Source: Methylobacterium sp.
Lineage (GTDB): Bacteria > Pseudomonadota > Alphaproteobacteria > Rhizobiales > Beijerinckiaceae
Assembly (NCBI GenBank): GCA_020252645.1
Contig: JADCCN010000001.1
Coordinates: 82,099 to 146,098, forward strand
Reading direction: 5' to 3'
DNA: 64,000 nucleotides
This document shows, in pieces, positions 18,564-27,885 of the stretch. The notes beneath the pieces were generated by a model. That model searched no databases. It saw only the letters and a program-made list of their open reading frames with translations, and was not told the origin of the DNA. Every line of letters starts with the position of its first letter. The first letter of the stretch is position 1. The position numbers and the translations under genes are program-made.

Positions 18564-19730
18564 ATGTCTCGCAAGCTGTTTCTGGGTCTGGCACTGGCGG
18601 GTCTCGCGGCCCTCCCGGCCGTTGCGCAAGCCCCGCTCAAGATCGGCGTGATTACCACGCTTTCCGGCCCCGGCGGCTATCTCGGGCAGGATATCCGCGA
18701 TGCCATGGCGCTCGCGATCCAGCAGGAGGGCGGCAAGCTCGGTGGCGTTCCGGTGGAGCTCGTCGTCGAGGATGACGCGCTCAAGCCCGGCCAGGGCAAG
18801 CAGATCGCCGAGAAGTTCCTGAAGAACGACGGCATCCGGCTCTTCACGGGCATCGTCTTCTCGAATGTCGCGGGCGCTGCGGTTCCGGACATCCTCGATG
18901 CCGGCGCGATCTATGTCAGCCCCAATGCCGGCCCGTCGAACTTCGCGGGCAAGGAGTGCCACAAGAACTACTTCGTGGTCTCATGGCAGAACGACACCCT
19001 GCACGAGAGCGCGGGCCAATATGCCACCAATCTCGGCTTCAAGAAGGCTTTCATCCTCGCCCCGAATTATCCGGCGGGCAAGGATGCGCTGGCGGGTTTC
19101 AAGCGGTTCTTCAAGGGCGAGATCGCCGGTGAGGTCTATACCCGCCTCGACCAGACCGATTACGCCGCCGAAATGGCGCAGATCCGCGCCGCGAACCCCG
19201 ACGTGGTTTTCCAGTTTCATCCGGGCGGGCTCGGCATCGCCTTCCTGCGCCAGTATCAGCAGGCGGGCCTGCTCGGGAAGCTGCCGATGGTGCTCGCCTC
19301 GCCCTCGCTCGACAGCGTGATCCTCAAGGCCGTGGGTGAGGCGGCGATGGGCGTGCATGTCACCAGCCACTGGAATGCCGATCTCGACAATCCGGCCAAC
19401 AAGGCCTTCGTCGAGGCTTTCCAGAAGGCCTATAACCGCATCCCCACCAACTACGCCGCGCAGGGCTATGACACGGCGCTCGCCATCGCCTCGGCTCTGA
19501 AGGCGACCGGTGGCAAGGTGGACAACACCGAAGCTTTCCGGCAGGCGATGCTCAAGGCCGATTTCAAGGCCACGCGGGGTGCCTTCAAGTTCGGCCCCAA
19601 CCAGCACCCGGTGCAGGATTGGTATGCGCTGGGCGTCGAGAAGGGCGCGGATGGCACGCTTCGCCTCGTCTCCAAGGGCAAGGTGATGACCAATCAGGGC
19701 GATGTCTACGCCAAGGATTGCAAGCTCTGA
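18564..19730 (+). CDS. Branched-chain amino-acid-type ABC transporter substrate-binding protein (LivK/Peripla_BP_6-like)
   Basis: Signal peptide MSRKLFLGLALAGLAALPAVAQA, then PLKIGVITTLSGPGGYLGQD. GGGAG lies upstream. The ORF track extension from 18243 is not credible. Confidence 0.9.
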   Translation: MSRKLFLGLALAGLAALPAVAQAPLKIGVITTLSGPGGYLGQDIRDAMALAIQQEGGKLGGVPVELVVEDDALKPGQGKQIAEKFLKNDGIRLFTGIVFSNVAGAAVPDILDAGAIYVSPNAGPSNFAGKECHKNYFVVSWQNDTLHESAGQYATNLGFKKAFILAPNYPAGKDALAGFKRFFKGEIAGEVYTRLDQTDYAAEMAQIRAANPDVVFQFHPGGLGIAFLRQYQQAGLLGKLPMVLASPSLDSVILKAVGEAAMGVHVTSHWNADLDNPANKAFVEAFQKAYNRIPTNYAAQGYDTALAIASALKATGGKVDNTEAFRQAMLKADFKATRGAFKFGPNQHPVQDWYALGVEKGADGTLRLVSKGKVMTNQGDVYAKDCKL

Positions 19731-19800
19731 GTCCTGAAATCCGGCAACGAGGCGGGGACATGCACCCCGCCTTTTTTGTGACCATGCGGGAGATCCCGGC

Positions 19801-20712
19801 TTGGCCCTCATCCTCGAGCAGCTGCTGAACGGCCTGCAACTGGGCGTCACCCTGTTCCTGCTCGCAGCGGGGCTGACACTCGTGTTCGGCATCATGGGCG
19901 TCATCAATCTCGCCCATGGCTCGCTCTACATGATCGGGGCCTATGCGGGCGCGATTGTGGCCGCCAAGACAGGTTCCTTCGTGCTCGCCTTCCTCGGAGG
20001 CCTCGCGGCGGCGGGCATCGCCGGCATGCTGATCGAACTGCTCGTGCTGCGGAAACTCTATGCCCGCGACCATCTCGATCAGGTCCTCGCGACCTTCGCG
20101 CTGATCCTCACCATCAACCAGGCGGTGGTGATCCTGTTCGGCCGCCGACCCTTGTTCGTGGATATCCCGCCTTTGCTCAATGGCTCGGTCTCGCTGGGGC
20201 TTTTCAGCTATCCGGTCTATCGCCTCGCGATCATCGTGGTTGGCCTTGTCGTAGCGGTGGCGCTTGCCCTGTTCATCACCCGCACGCGCATCGGCATGCT
20301 GGTGCGCGCGGGCGCCACGCATCGCGACATGGTGCGCGCGCTGGGTGTCGATATCCGCATGCTCTACACGGTGATCTTTGGCCTCGGCGCGCTGCTGGCA
20401 GGCCTTGCGGGCGTGATGGCCGGGCCGCTTCTGGCCGTGCAGGTCGGCATGGGCGAGCAGATCCTCATCCTCACCTTCGTCGTGGTGGTGATCGGCGGGC
20501 TCGGCTCCGTGCGGGGCGCCTTTTTCGGCGCGCTGCTGGTGGGCATGGTCGATACGTCGATGCGCGCCTTCCTGCCCGGCCTGTTCCGGCAGCTGATGTC
20601 CGGCCCGGAAGCGGATGCCCTCGGCGCGGGGCTGGCCTCGATGGGGGTCTACCTGCTGATGGCGCTCGTGCTGCTCATCCGGCCCAAGGGATTGTTCCCC
20701 GCAAATGCCTGA
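19801..20712 (+). CDS. livH: Branched-chain amino-acid ABC transporter permease
   Basis: MALILEQLLNGLQLGVTLFLLAAGLTLVFGIMGVINLAHG is a typical LivH N-terminus. The start codon is TTG, with GGGAGA upstream. Confidence 0.9.
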   Translation: MALILEQLLNGLQLGVTLFLLAAGLTLVFGIMGVINLAHGSLYMIGAYAGAIVAAKTGSFVLAFLGGLAAAGIAGMLIELLVLRKLYARDHLDQVLATFALILTINQAVVILFGRRPLFVDIPPLLNGSVSLGLFSYPVYRLAIIVVGLVVAVALALFITRTRIGMLVRAGATHRDMVRALGVDIRMLYTVIFGLGALLAGLAGVMAGPLLAVQVGMGEQILILTFVVVVIGGLGSVRGAFFGALLVGMVDTSMRAFLPGLFRQLMSGPEADALGAGLASMGVYLLMALVLLIRPKGLFPANA

Positions 20713-21694
20713 GCGCCGGATTTCCCCTCTCCATTGGGCGATGATCGCGGCAGCACTTGCACTGCTGATCGCTCTGCCCTTCCTTGCGAAGGCGTTGGGA
20801 AGCCCGGCGAGCATCGGCCTTGCGACACGCATCCTGATCTACGCGATTGCCGCCGCGAGCCTCAATCTCGCGCTCGGCTATGGCGGGATGGTGAGTTTCG
20901 GCCATGCCGCGTTCTTCGGGCTCGGGGCCTATGTCACGGGCATCCTCTATCACCACTTCATTTCGGGCGATCCGCTTTTCGGCTTCATCACCGGCTCGAA
21001 CGCGCTGCTGGTGACGATCCCCGCCGCGATCCTCGTGACGGGTGGGATGGCGGCGCTCATCGGCGCGCTGTCGCTGCGCACATCGGGCGTGCAGTTCATC
21101 ATGATCACGCTCGCTTTCGCCCAGATGCTGTTTTTCTTCTTTGCCGCGCTGAAGATCTACGGGGGCGATGATGGTCTCATCATTCGCCGGCGCAACACGT
21201 TGTTCGACCTCAACATGCGGGATGACACGACCTTCTATTTTCTCTGCCTCGGGTTGACCTTGCTGGTGTTCTTCCTGAAAGCGCGCATCGTCGGCTCGCG
21301 CTTCGGCCGCGTGCTCGAGGGCATCCGCCAGAACGAGCGGCGCATGCAGATCTTCGGCCTCTCGCCTTATGCCTACAAGCTCGCGGCCTTCACGATTTCC
21401 GGCATGGGCGCGGGGCTCGCGGGCGCGCTGATGGCGAATTATCTGCGCTTTGTGAGCCCGGACATGCTGCACTGGACCAAATCCGGCGAGCTGATGATCA
21501 TGGTGATCCTCGGCGGCGTGGGAACCTTGTTTGGCCCCCTTTTCGGTGCGGGCGCGCTGGTGCTGCTGGAAACGCTGCTCGCGGGCTGGACCGAGCATTG
21601 GCAGATCGTTCTCGGGCCGATCCTGCTCGGCATCGTGCTGTTCCGCAGCGATGCCCGCGCATTCCTCGCCAAGGTGTTGGGGAGGGGCGCATGA
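20705..21694 (+). CDS. livM: Branched-chain amino-acid ABC transporter permease
   Basis: LNLALGYGGMVSFGHAAFFGLGAY is a LivM signature. It overlaps both neighbouring genes. Confidence 0.9.
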   Translation: MPERRISPLHWAMIAAALALLIALPFLAKALGSPASIGLATRILIYAIAAASLNLALGYGGMVSFGHAAFFGLGAYVTGILYHHFISGDPLFGFITGSNALLVTIPAAILVTGGMAALIGALSLRTSGVQFIMITLAFAQMLFFFFAALKIYGGDDGLIIRRRNTLFDLNMRDDTTFYFLCLGLTLLVFFLKARIVGSRFGRVLEGIRQNERRMQIFGLSPYAYKLAAFTISGMGAGLAGALMANYLRFVSPDMLHWTKSGELMIMVILGGVGTLFGPLFGAGALVLLETLLAGWTEHWQIVLGPILLGIVLFRSDARAFLAKVLGRGA

Positions 21695-22437
21695 GCACCC
21701 TCGAAATCCGCGGACTCGTGAAGCGTTTCGGCGGCGTGCTTGCGACCGACCATATCGATCTGGCGCTCGAACCCGGCGAAATTCACGCGCTGATCGGACC
21801 CAACGGCGCGGGCAAGACCACGCTGATCGGCCAGATCATGGGCGAAATCCGCCCGGACGAGGGGCATGTGTTCCTCGACGGTCGCGAGGTAACCCACCTC
21901 AAACCGCGCGAGCGGGTGAGGCTTGGGCTCTCGCGCAGCTTCCAGATCGTGGAATTGCTGCCCGAATTCACGCTCGCCGAGAACCTCGCGCTGGCGATCC
22001 AGACCCGCGACGGCCATTCCTTCCGCTTCTGGGGCAGGGCCTCGGCGGATCACAAAATCGCCGCGGAAGTGAGCCGGCGCCTGGAGGAAGCGGGCTTGGC
22101 GCCCCGCGCGAAGATGCGCGTCTCCGCCCTCAGCCATGGCGAAAGGAAGGATCTCGAACTCGCGCTCGCGCTCGCTTCCGGTGCGCCGGTGCTGCTGCTC
22201 GATGAGCCCATGGCGGGCCTCGGCCCATCCGAAAGCCATCGCATGGTGGAGCGGCTCGCGAAGCTCCGGGGCCAGAAGACCATCCTCCTCGTGGAGCACG
22301 ACATGGATGCCGTGTTTGCGCTCGCCGACCGCATCTCCGTGCTGGTCTATGGCCGCGTTATCGCCTCGGGGAATGCAGCGGAAATCCGCTCCAACGCGGA
22401 GGTCCGCCGCGCCTATCTCGGCGAGGAGGCGGCCTGA
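21691..22437 (+). CDS. livG: Branched-chain amino-acid ABC transporter ATP-binding protein
   Basis: MSTLEIRGLVKRFGGVLATD...GPNGAGKTTL (Walker A), LSHGERKDLELA, LLLDEPMAGL. The start was set at 21691 (ATGA overlap with livM). Confidence 0.9.
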   Translation: MSTLEIRGLVKRFGGVLATDHIDLALEPGEIHALIGPNGAGKTTLIGQIMGEIRPDEGHVFLDGREVTHLKPRERVRLGLSRSFQIVELLPEFTLAENLALAIQTRDGHSFRFWGRASADHKIAAEVSRRLEEAGLAPRAKMRVSALSHGERKDLELALALASGAPVLLLDEPMAGLGPSESHRMVERLAKLRGQKTILLVEHDMDAVFALADRISVLVYGRVIASGNAAEIRSNAEVRRAYLGEEAA

Positions 22438-23138
22438 TGCTGGAGATCACGGGCCTCGAAGCCGGCTACGGCCCCAACCCCGTTTTGTTCGGGGTGGACC
22501 TCGCGATCGGCGAGGGCGAAGTCGGCACGCTGCTCGGGCGCAACGGCATGGGCAAGACCACGACCATCCGCGCGTTGATCGGCCTCATTCCCCCGCGGGG
22601 CGGCACCATCCGTTTCCGGGGCGAGGCGATCGCCGGCCTGCCGCCGGAGAAGATCGCGCGGCGTGGCATCGGCCTCGTGCCGGAGGGGCGGATGGTGTTT
22701 CCCACGCTCACCGTGCGCGAGAACCTGGTTGCCACCTCGGCCAATCGCCTAGGCCTCAAGCCCGAATGGACGCTTGAACGCATCCATGCGCTGTTTCCGC
22801 GCCTGAAGGAGCGCGAGAGCCAGTTCGCGCGCACGCTTTCCGGCGGTGAGCAGCAGATGCTCGCGATCGGCCGCGCGCTGATGACCAATCCGCGCCTGCT
22901 CATCCTTGATGAAGCAACGGAGGGCTTGGCGCCGGTCATCCGCGACGAGATCTGGGCCTGCCTTGCGGGGCTCAAGCGCGAGGGGCTCTCCATTCTGTTG
23001 ATCGACAAGAACCTCGCGGCGCTCAAGAAGCTGGCCGATCGTCACGTCGTGATCGAGAAGGGGCGCACGCTCTGGCGCGGTGATGCCGAGGCCCTGGCGC
23101 GCGATGAGGCACGGGTGCACGCGGCCATCGGGCTGTGA
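22437..23138 (+). CDS. livF: Branched-chain amino-acid ABC transporter ATP-binding protein
   Basis: GRNGMGKTTT (Walker A), LSGGEQQMLAIGRAL, LILDEATEGL. Confidence 0.9.
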   Translation: MLEITGLEAGYGPNPVLFGVDLAIGEGEVGTLLGRNGMGKTTTIRALIGLIPPRGGTIRFRGEAIAGLPPEKIARRGIGLVPEGRMVFPTLTVRENLVATSANRLGLKPEWTLERIHALFPRLKERESQFARTLSGGEQQMLAIGRALMTNPRLLILDEATEGLAPVIRDEIWACLAGLKREGLSILLIDKNLAALKKLADRHVVIEKGRTLWRGDAEALARDEARVHAAIGL

Positions 23139-23277
23139 TGAAAAGAGCGGCGGCGCTTCCGGTAACACGCTGGAACATGGACAGAATTTAAACTTCGATC
23201 AACGGATTGTGATGGCCGGCGCGCTTTCGCGCTGTCCAAGTCTTGAGTTTCCCTTTACATTGCGATGAAGGGGATGA

Positions 23278-23319
23278 GCGCAGCCATGGCAGGGGGGATG
23301 CCATGGCGCGGGTTTTTTT
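23278..23319 (+). terminator. Strong Rho-independent terminator (12-bp stem with one bulged A, 7-nt loop, T7 tail)
   Basis: gcg(c)agccatggca-gggggga-tgccatggcgcg-gg-ttttttt, read directly. It lies 140 nt after the livF stop and 42 nt before the RND adaptor start. Confidence 0.75.
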
Positions 23320-23360
23320 GCGTTCATTGGTCTTGCTCTGAAGGGGGCTCGAGGTTCTTC

Positions 23361-24590
23361 ATGCGCGTTGCCACGCAAATCGCCGTCGTTGCCGTTATCG
23401 GCGGCGGCATCGCCCTCGGATACATGTTCCGGACCGGTCAGCTTCCCGGTCAGGTGGCCGGCGCTCCCCCCGCGCAGCAGGCGGCCGGCGGCAATCGTCC
23501 CGCTGGCGGGTCGCCGGGGGGTGGCCCGGCGGGCAGTCGCGGCGGGCAGGGCGCGCCTTTGGTCGAAGTGGTGACACTGACAACCGGCCCGATCATCGAG
23601 ACGAGCGAAGCCGTCGGCACGACCCGCGCCTATGAGAGCGTGACGATCGCCTCGAAGGTTTCGGGCATCGTCGAGAAGATCACCTTCACCGAAGGCCAGG
23701 ACGTGAAGGCCGGCGATGTGCTCATCGAACTCGATGTGGCCGAACGCCGGGCCGAACTCGAAGCCGCCCGCGCCGCGATCCAGACCGCCCGCGCCCAGCG
23801 CGAGGAGGTGAACCTGAAATTCGAGCGTGCCCAGCAACTGCGCCGCGCCGGTGCTGGCACGGAGGCCCTTGTGGCCGATCTCACGCTCCAGCTTCGGACC
23901 GTGGAAACCACTGTCGCCGCTGCCGAGGCGCGCGAGCGGGCCGCCGCCGCCCGGCTGGAGGATTACATCGTCCGCGCGCCGTTCGATGGTCGCGTCGGGC
24001 TGCGCCAGGTCAGCCTCGGCGCTTTCGTCGATACGAAGATCGCCATCACCACGCTCGATGATGTGGGGCGCATCCGCCTCGATTTCGCGATCCCCGAACC
24101 GCTGCTTTCTCGCGTGAGGGTCGGTGCGGAGATCAACGCCCAGTCGATCGCCTTCCAGGGGCGTGTCTTCCGGGGCACGGTCGCGGCCATCGATACGCGC
24201 ATCGATCCCGTGACGCGTTCGGTGAAGCTGATGGCCGTGATCGAGAATTCCGATCTGGTGCTGAAGCCCGGCATGTTCATGACGGTCGCGCTTGAAGTGG
24301 CGCGGCGCGACAACGCGGTGATCGCGCCCGAAGAAGCCATTGTGGCCGAAGGGCCGCGGCAGGTCGCCTATGTCGTGAAAGACAACCGGGTGGAACGCCG
24401 CGTGGTGATGATCGGCCAGCGCAGCTTCGGCAAGGTGGAGATCATCGAAGGCCTCAAGGCGGGCGAAACCATCGTGGCACGCGGCATCCAGCGCGTGCGC
24501 CATGGCATCGTCGTGCAGCCGCGCCCGCTTTCGGGTCCGCCGGCTGCGGGCGCCGCGCCGAACACGGCTCGCGTGCCTTCAGCGGGCTAG
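23361..24590 (+). CDS. Efflux RND transporter periplasmic adaptor (membrane fusion) subunit
   Basis: It has the N-terminal TM segment MRVATQIAVVAVIGGGIALG, a lipoyl/hairpin region (KVSGIVEKITFTEGQDVKAGDVLIELD) and coiled-coil AELEAARAAIQTARAQ. The TAG stop lies inside the repeat terminus gctagagcgg. Confidence 0.9.
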   Translation: MRVATQIAVVAVIGGGIALGYMFRTGQLPGQVAGAPPAQQAAGGNRPAGGSPGGGPAGSRGGQGAPLVEVVTLTTGPIIETSEAVGTTRAYESVTIASKVSGIVEKITFTEGQDVKAGDVLIELDVAERRAELEAARAAIQTARAQREEVNLKFERAQQLRRAGAGTEALVADLTLQLRTVETTVAAAEARERAAAARLEDYIVRAPFDGRVGLRQVSLGAFVDTKIAITTLDDVGRIRLDFAIPEPLLSRVRVGAEINAQSIAFQGRVFRGTVAAIDTRIDPVTRSVKLMAVIENSDLVLKPGMFMTVALEVARRDNAVIAPEEAIVAEGPRQVAYVVKDNRVERRVVMIGQRSFGKVEIIEGLKAGETIVARGIQRVRHGIVVQPRPLSGPPAAGAAPNTARVPSAG

Positions 24591-24640
24591 AGCGGTTGCC
24601 GATCTGACTGAATGAGATCGAATTTCGCTCCAATCGGCGG
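24586..24640. repeat. Mosaic repeat module ctagagcggttgccgatctgactgaatgagatcg
   Basis: The same 34-nt string occurs at 12114-12147. Confidence 0.75.
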
Positions 24641-24678
24641 TTCCCGGCAGGGCCGGTCAGGATTGAGGAGAGACGGGA

Positions 24679-27600
24679 ATGCAGATTTCCGACGTCACCA
24701 TCGAGCGTCCGGTCTTCGCGACCGTGATCTCGCTGCTTCTTTGCGTTGCCGGCGTGGCGGGTCTGCTCGCACTGCCCGTGCGCGAATATCCGCAGACCGA
24801 TCCCCCGATCGTTTCCATCTCGACGGCCTATCGCGGTGCCTCGAACGAGGTGATCGAGAGCCGCGTCACCGAAGTGCTGGAGCGTGCGGTGGCGGGCATC
24901 GAGGGCATCACCGAGATCTCCTCCTTCAGCCAGAACGACCGCTCGAACATCACGGTCGAGTTCAATCTGAACCGCGATGCGGATGCGGCCGCGGCCGATG
25001 TGCGCGACCGCGTGGGCCGCGTGCTCGCGCGCCTGCCCGAGGGAGCGGAGACGCCGATCATCCAGCGCGTGGATGCCAATGCGCAGGCGATCCTCTGGGT
25101 GGGGGTGACCTCCACCAATCTCGATGCGATGGAGCTGACCGACTTTCTCCGCCGCGCCGTGATCGACCGGCTGGCAACCGTGCCCGGCGTGGCAAGCATC
25201 AATGTGGGCGGCGAGCGGCGCTATGCGATGCGCATTTCGATCGACCGCATCGCGCTCGCGGCGCGCGGTCTCACCGTCCAGGATGTCGAGAGCGCCATCC
25301 GCCGGCAGAATGTCGATCTGCCGGGCGGGCGTCTCACCTCCTCGCAGCGCGAACTCACGGTGAAGACCGATTCCAAGCTCTCGAACCGCGAGGAATTCGC
25401 CCGCATCGTCGTGGCGAACCGCAACGGCTATCAGGTGCGCCTCGGCGAGGTTGCGCGGGTGGAAGTCGGCGCGGAGGACGAGCGCTTCGAATTCTACACG
25501 CTCGGCAAGACGGCGATCGGCCTTGGAATCATTCGCCAATCCACCGCCAACACGCTCTCGGTGGCGGAAGGTGTGGCGCGCGAGCTTGAATTGCTGCGTC
25601 CGGCCTTCCCCGAGGGCACGACCTTCCAGATCCTCTATAATGAGGCGAATTTCATCCGCGCCTCGATCGATGGTGTGCTGACGACGCTCGCAGAAGGCAT
25701 TTTCCTTGTCGTGCTGGTCATCCTGATCTTCCTGCGCGACTGGCGTTCGACGCTTGTCGCCGCGATCGCCATTCCGGTCTCGATCATCCCCACCTTCGCG
25801 GTGCTCTGGATTTTCGGGTTCTCCATAAATGTGCTGACGCTGCTGGCCGTTGTGCTGGCCATCGGCATCGTGGTGGATGATGCGATCGTGGAGGTCGAGA
25901 ATGTCCATCGCCGCATCGAGGGAGGCGAGCCGCCGCTGCTCGCCTCCTTCATCGGGGCGCGCGAAATCGCCTTCGCGGTCATCGCCACCACCATCACGCT
26001 GATGAGCGTGTTCGTGCCCATCGCCTTCATGGATGGCCAGACGGGCCGCCTCTTCCGCGAGTTCGGCATCACCCTGGCCACGGCGATCTTTTTCTCCGGC
26101 GTGGTGGCGCGAACGCTCACGCCGATGCTCTGCTCGAAGCTCCTGAGCCATCACCATGGCTGGTTCCACCGCAAGACCGAGCCGTTCTTCGTGGGGCTGG
26201 GCCATGTCTATGCCAGCCTGCTTCGCCGCGCGCTGAATGCACCCATCCTCGTCATTGCCATTGGTCTTGGTGTCAGCCTCGCGGCGGTGCAGCTCTTCCG
26301 CACCATTCCCGCCGAGTTTTCGCCCGTGGAGGATCGCGGTGTCGTGATCATCCCGATCAATGCGCCGGAAGGGGCCTCGCTCACCTATACCCGCGAGCGC
26401 GTGAAGGAGGTGGAGAAGCTTCTCCAGCCTTTCATCGACCAGAAGATCGTTGAATCGACACTCACCATCGTGGCACCGGGCCTGCAGCGGCCCTCGCCGG
26501 TGAATGCGGGCCTGCTGATCGTGCGCATGACGCCCTGGGGCGAGCGCACCATGAAACAGAGCCAGCTTCAGCAGGAATTGCTGGCGAAAGTGCAGGCCAT
26601 TCCCGGCGCGCGCATCTTCCCCATCAATCCGCCCTCGCTGGGCCAGCGCGGCTTCCGCCAGCCCATCTCCTTCATCATCGGCGGGCCGGATTTCCCCACG
26701 CTCGCGGCCTGGCGTGACGTGGTGATGGAGAAGGCCCAGGCGACGGGCCTCTTCCGCAACCTCGACAGCGATTTCAACGAGAATCAGCCCGATCTGCGCG
26801 TGAAGATCGACCGGGCTCGCGCGGCGGATCTCGGCATCCCGGTGGACGTGATCGGGCGCAGCCTCGAACTCATGTTCGGCGAACGCGAGATTTCCACCTT
26901 CGTGGATCGCGGCTTCGAATACCCGGTGATCTTGCAGGCAAAGGCCGAGAACCGCGTGAGCCCGGAGGATCTGAAGAATATCTTCGTGCGGACCGGCACA
27001 GGTGATCTCGTGCCGCTCTCGAACCTCGTCCAACTCACCGAGATCGCCGGCCCGCAGCGGCTGAACCGGTTCGATCGCCTGCGTGCGATCACCATCTCGG
27101 CATCGCTTGCGCCGGGCGTCACCCTCGGACAGGGTCTCGATGCGCTCGAAAGAATCGCGGCGGAATCGCTGCCTGCGGAAGCGCGGATCGGCTATGGTGG
27201 CCAATCGAAGGAGTTCAAGCGCTCCTCGAACTCGATCTACATCACCTTCGTCTTCGCGCTGGTGATCGTGTTCCTCGTGCTTGCCGCCCAGTTCGAGAGC
27301 TGGATCGCGCCCACCGTCATCATGATGACCGTGCCGCTGGCGCTGACCGGCGGTCTCGGCATCCTGCATCTCACCGGACAGACGCTGAACATCTACAGCC
27401 AGATCGGCATGATCCTGCTCATCGGCATCATGACCAAGAACGGCATTCTGATCGTGGAATTCACGAACCAGCTCCGCGAGCGCGGCTACGCGATGTATGA
27501 TGCCGTGCTGGAAGCCTCGGAACTGCGCCTGCGTCCCATCCTCATGACATCGATCGCCACGATCTCCGGCGCGGTGCCGCTGGCGCTCTCGGGTGGGGCG

Positions 27601-27846
27601 GGTGCGGAAGCGCGCTCGGCCATCGGTTGGGTGATCATCGGCGGCGCCTCCCTCTCGACGATCATGACGCTGTTCCTCGTGCCGGCGCTCTTCCTGCTGA
27701 TCGGGCGGTATTCGAACCCCCGCTCGGTTATCGCCGAGAAGCTCACCGATTTGCAGCATGCCTTCGCCGGCCGGCTCGGCAAGTTCGGCGATGTGCCCGC
27801 GCCGGAGCCGAAGGTGAATGGCGGCAAGGCCCAACCGGCCGAATGA
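24679..27846 (+). CDS. Efflux RND transporter permease (AcrB/HAE1-like)
   Basis: 1055 aa with a 12-TM architecture, beginning MQISDVTIERPVFATVISLLL..., with repeated VDDAIV and large periplasmic loops. Confidence 0.95.
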   Translation: MQISDVTIERPVFATVISLLLCVAGVAGLLALPVREYPQTDPPIVSISTAYRGASNEVIESRVTEVLERAVAGIEGITEISSFSQNDRSNITVEFNLNRDADAAAADVRDRVGRVLARLPEGAETPIIQRVDANAQAILWVGVTSTNLDAMELTDFLRRAVIDRLATVPGVASINVGGERRYAMRISIDRIALAARGLTVQDVESAIRRQNVDLPGGRLTSSQRELTVKTDSKLSNREEFARIVVANRNGYQVRLGEVARVEVGAEDERFEFYTLGKTAIGLGIIRQSTANTLSVAEGVARELELLRPAFPEGTTFQILYNEANFIRASIDGVLTTLAEGIFLVVLVILIFLRDWRSTLVAAIAIPVSIIPTFAVLWIFGFSINVLTLLAVVLAIGIVVDDAIVEVENVHRRIEGGEPPLLASFIGAREIAFAVIATTITLMSVFVPIAFMDGQTGRLFREFGITLATAIFFSGVVARTLTPMLCSKLLSHHHGWFHRKTEPFFVGLGHVYASLLRRALNAPILVIAIGLGVSLAAVQLFRTIPAEFSPVEDRGVVIIPINAPEGASLTYTRERVKEVEKLLQPFIDQKIVESTLTIVAPGLQRPSPVNAGLLIVRMTPWGERTMKQSQLQQELLAKVQAIPGARIFPINPPSLGQRGFRQPISFIIGGPDFPTLAAWRDVVMEKAQATGLFRNLDSDFNENQPDLRVKIDRARAADLGIPVDVIGRSLELMFGEREISTFVDRGFEYPVILQAKAENRVSPEDLKNIFVRTGTGDLVPLSNLVQLTEIAGPQRLNRFDRLRAITISASLAPGVTLGQGLDALERIAAESLPAEARIGYGGQSKEFKRSSNSIYITFVFALVIVFLVLAAQFESWIAPTVIMMTVPLALTGGLGILHLTGQTLNIYSQIGMILLIGIMTKNGILIVEFTNQLRERGYAMYDAVLEASELRLRPILMTSIATISGAVPLALSGGAGAEARSAIGWVIIGGASLSTIMTLFLVPALFLLIGRYSNPRSVIAEKLTDLQHAFAGRLGKFGDVPAPEPKVNGGKAQPAE

Positions 27847-27858
27847 TTTGGAAGAGAC

Positions 27859-27885
27859 AGGGCCCCGCGAGGGGCCTTTTCCGTT
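27859..27885. terminator. Hairpin between the convergent RND pump and glpD genes (ggcccc-gcga-ggggcc followed by ttttcc)
   Basis: Read directly. The stem is short, so it is only a moderate terminator candidate. Confidence 0.5.

Noticed and set aside
24454-27834. 1126-aa ORF on the minus strand spanning the whole RND pump gene
   Set aside because: It is antisense to a gene with unmistakable AcrB-type sequence. Its translation is Arg/His/Asp/Gly-rich with no recognisable domains, which is typical of a shadow ORF in G+C-rich DNA.
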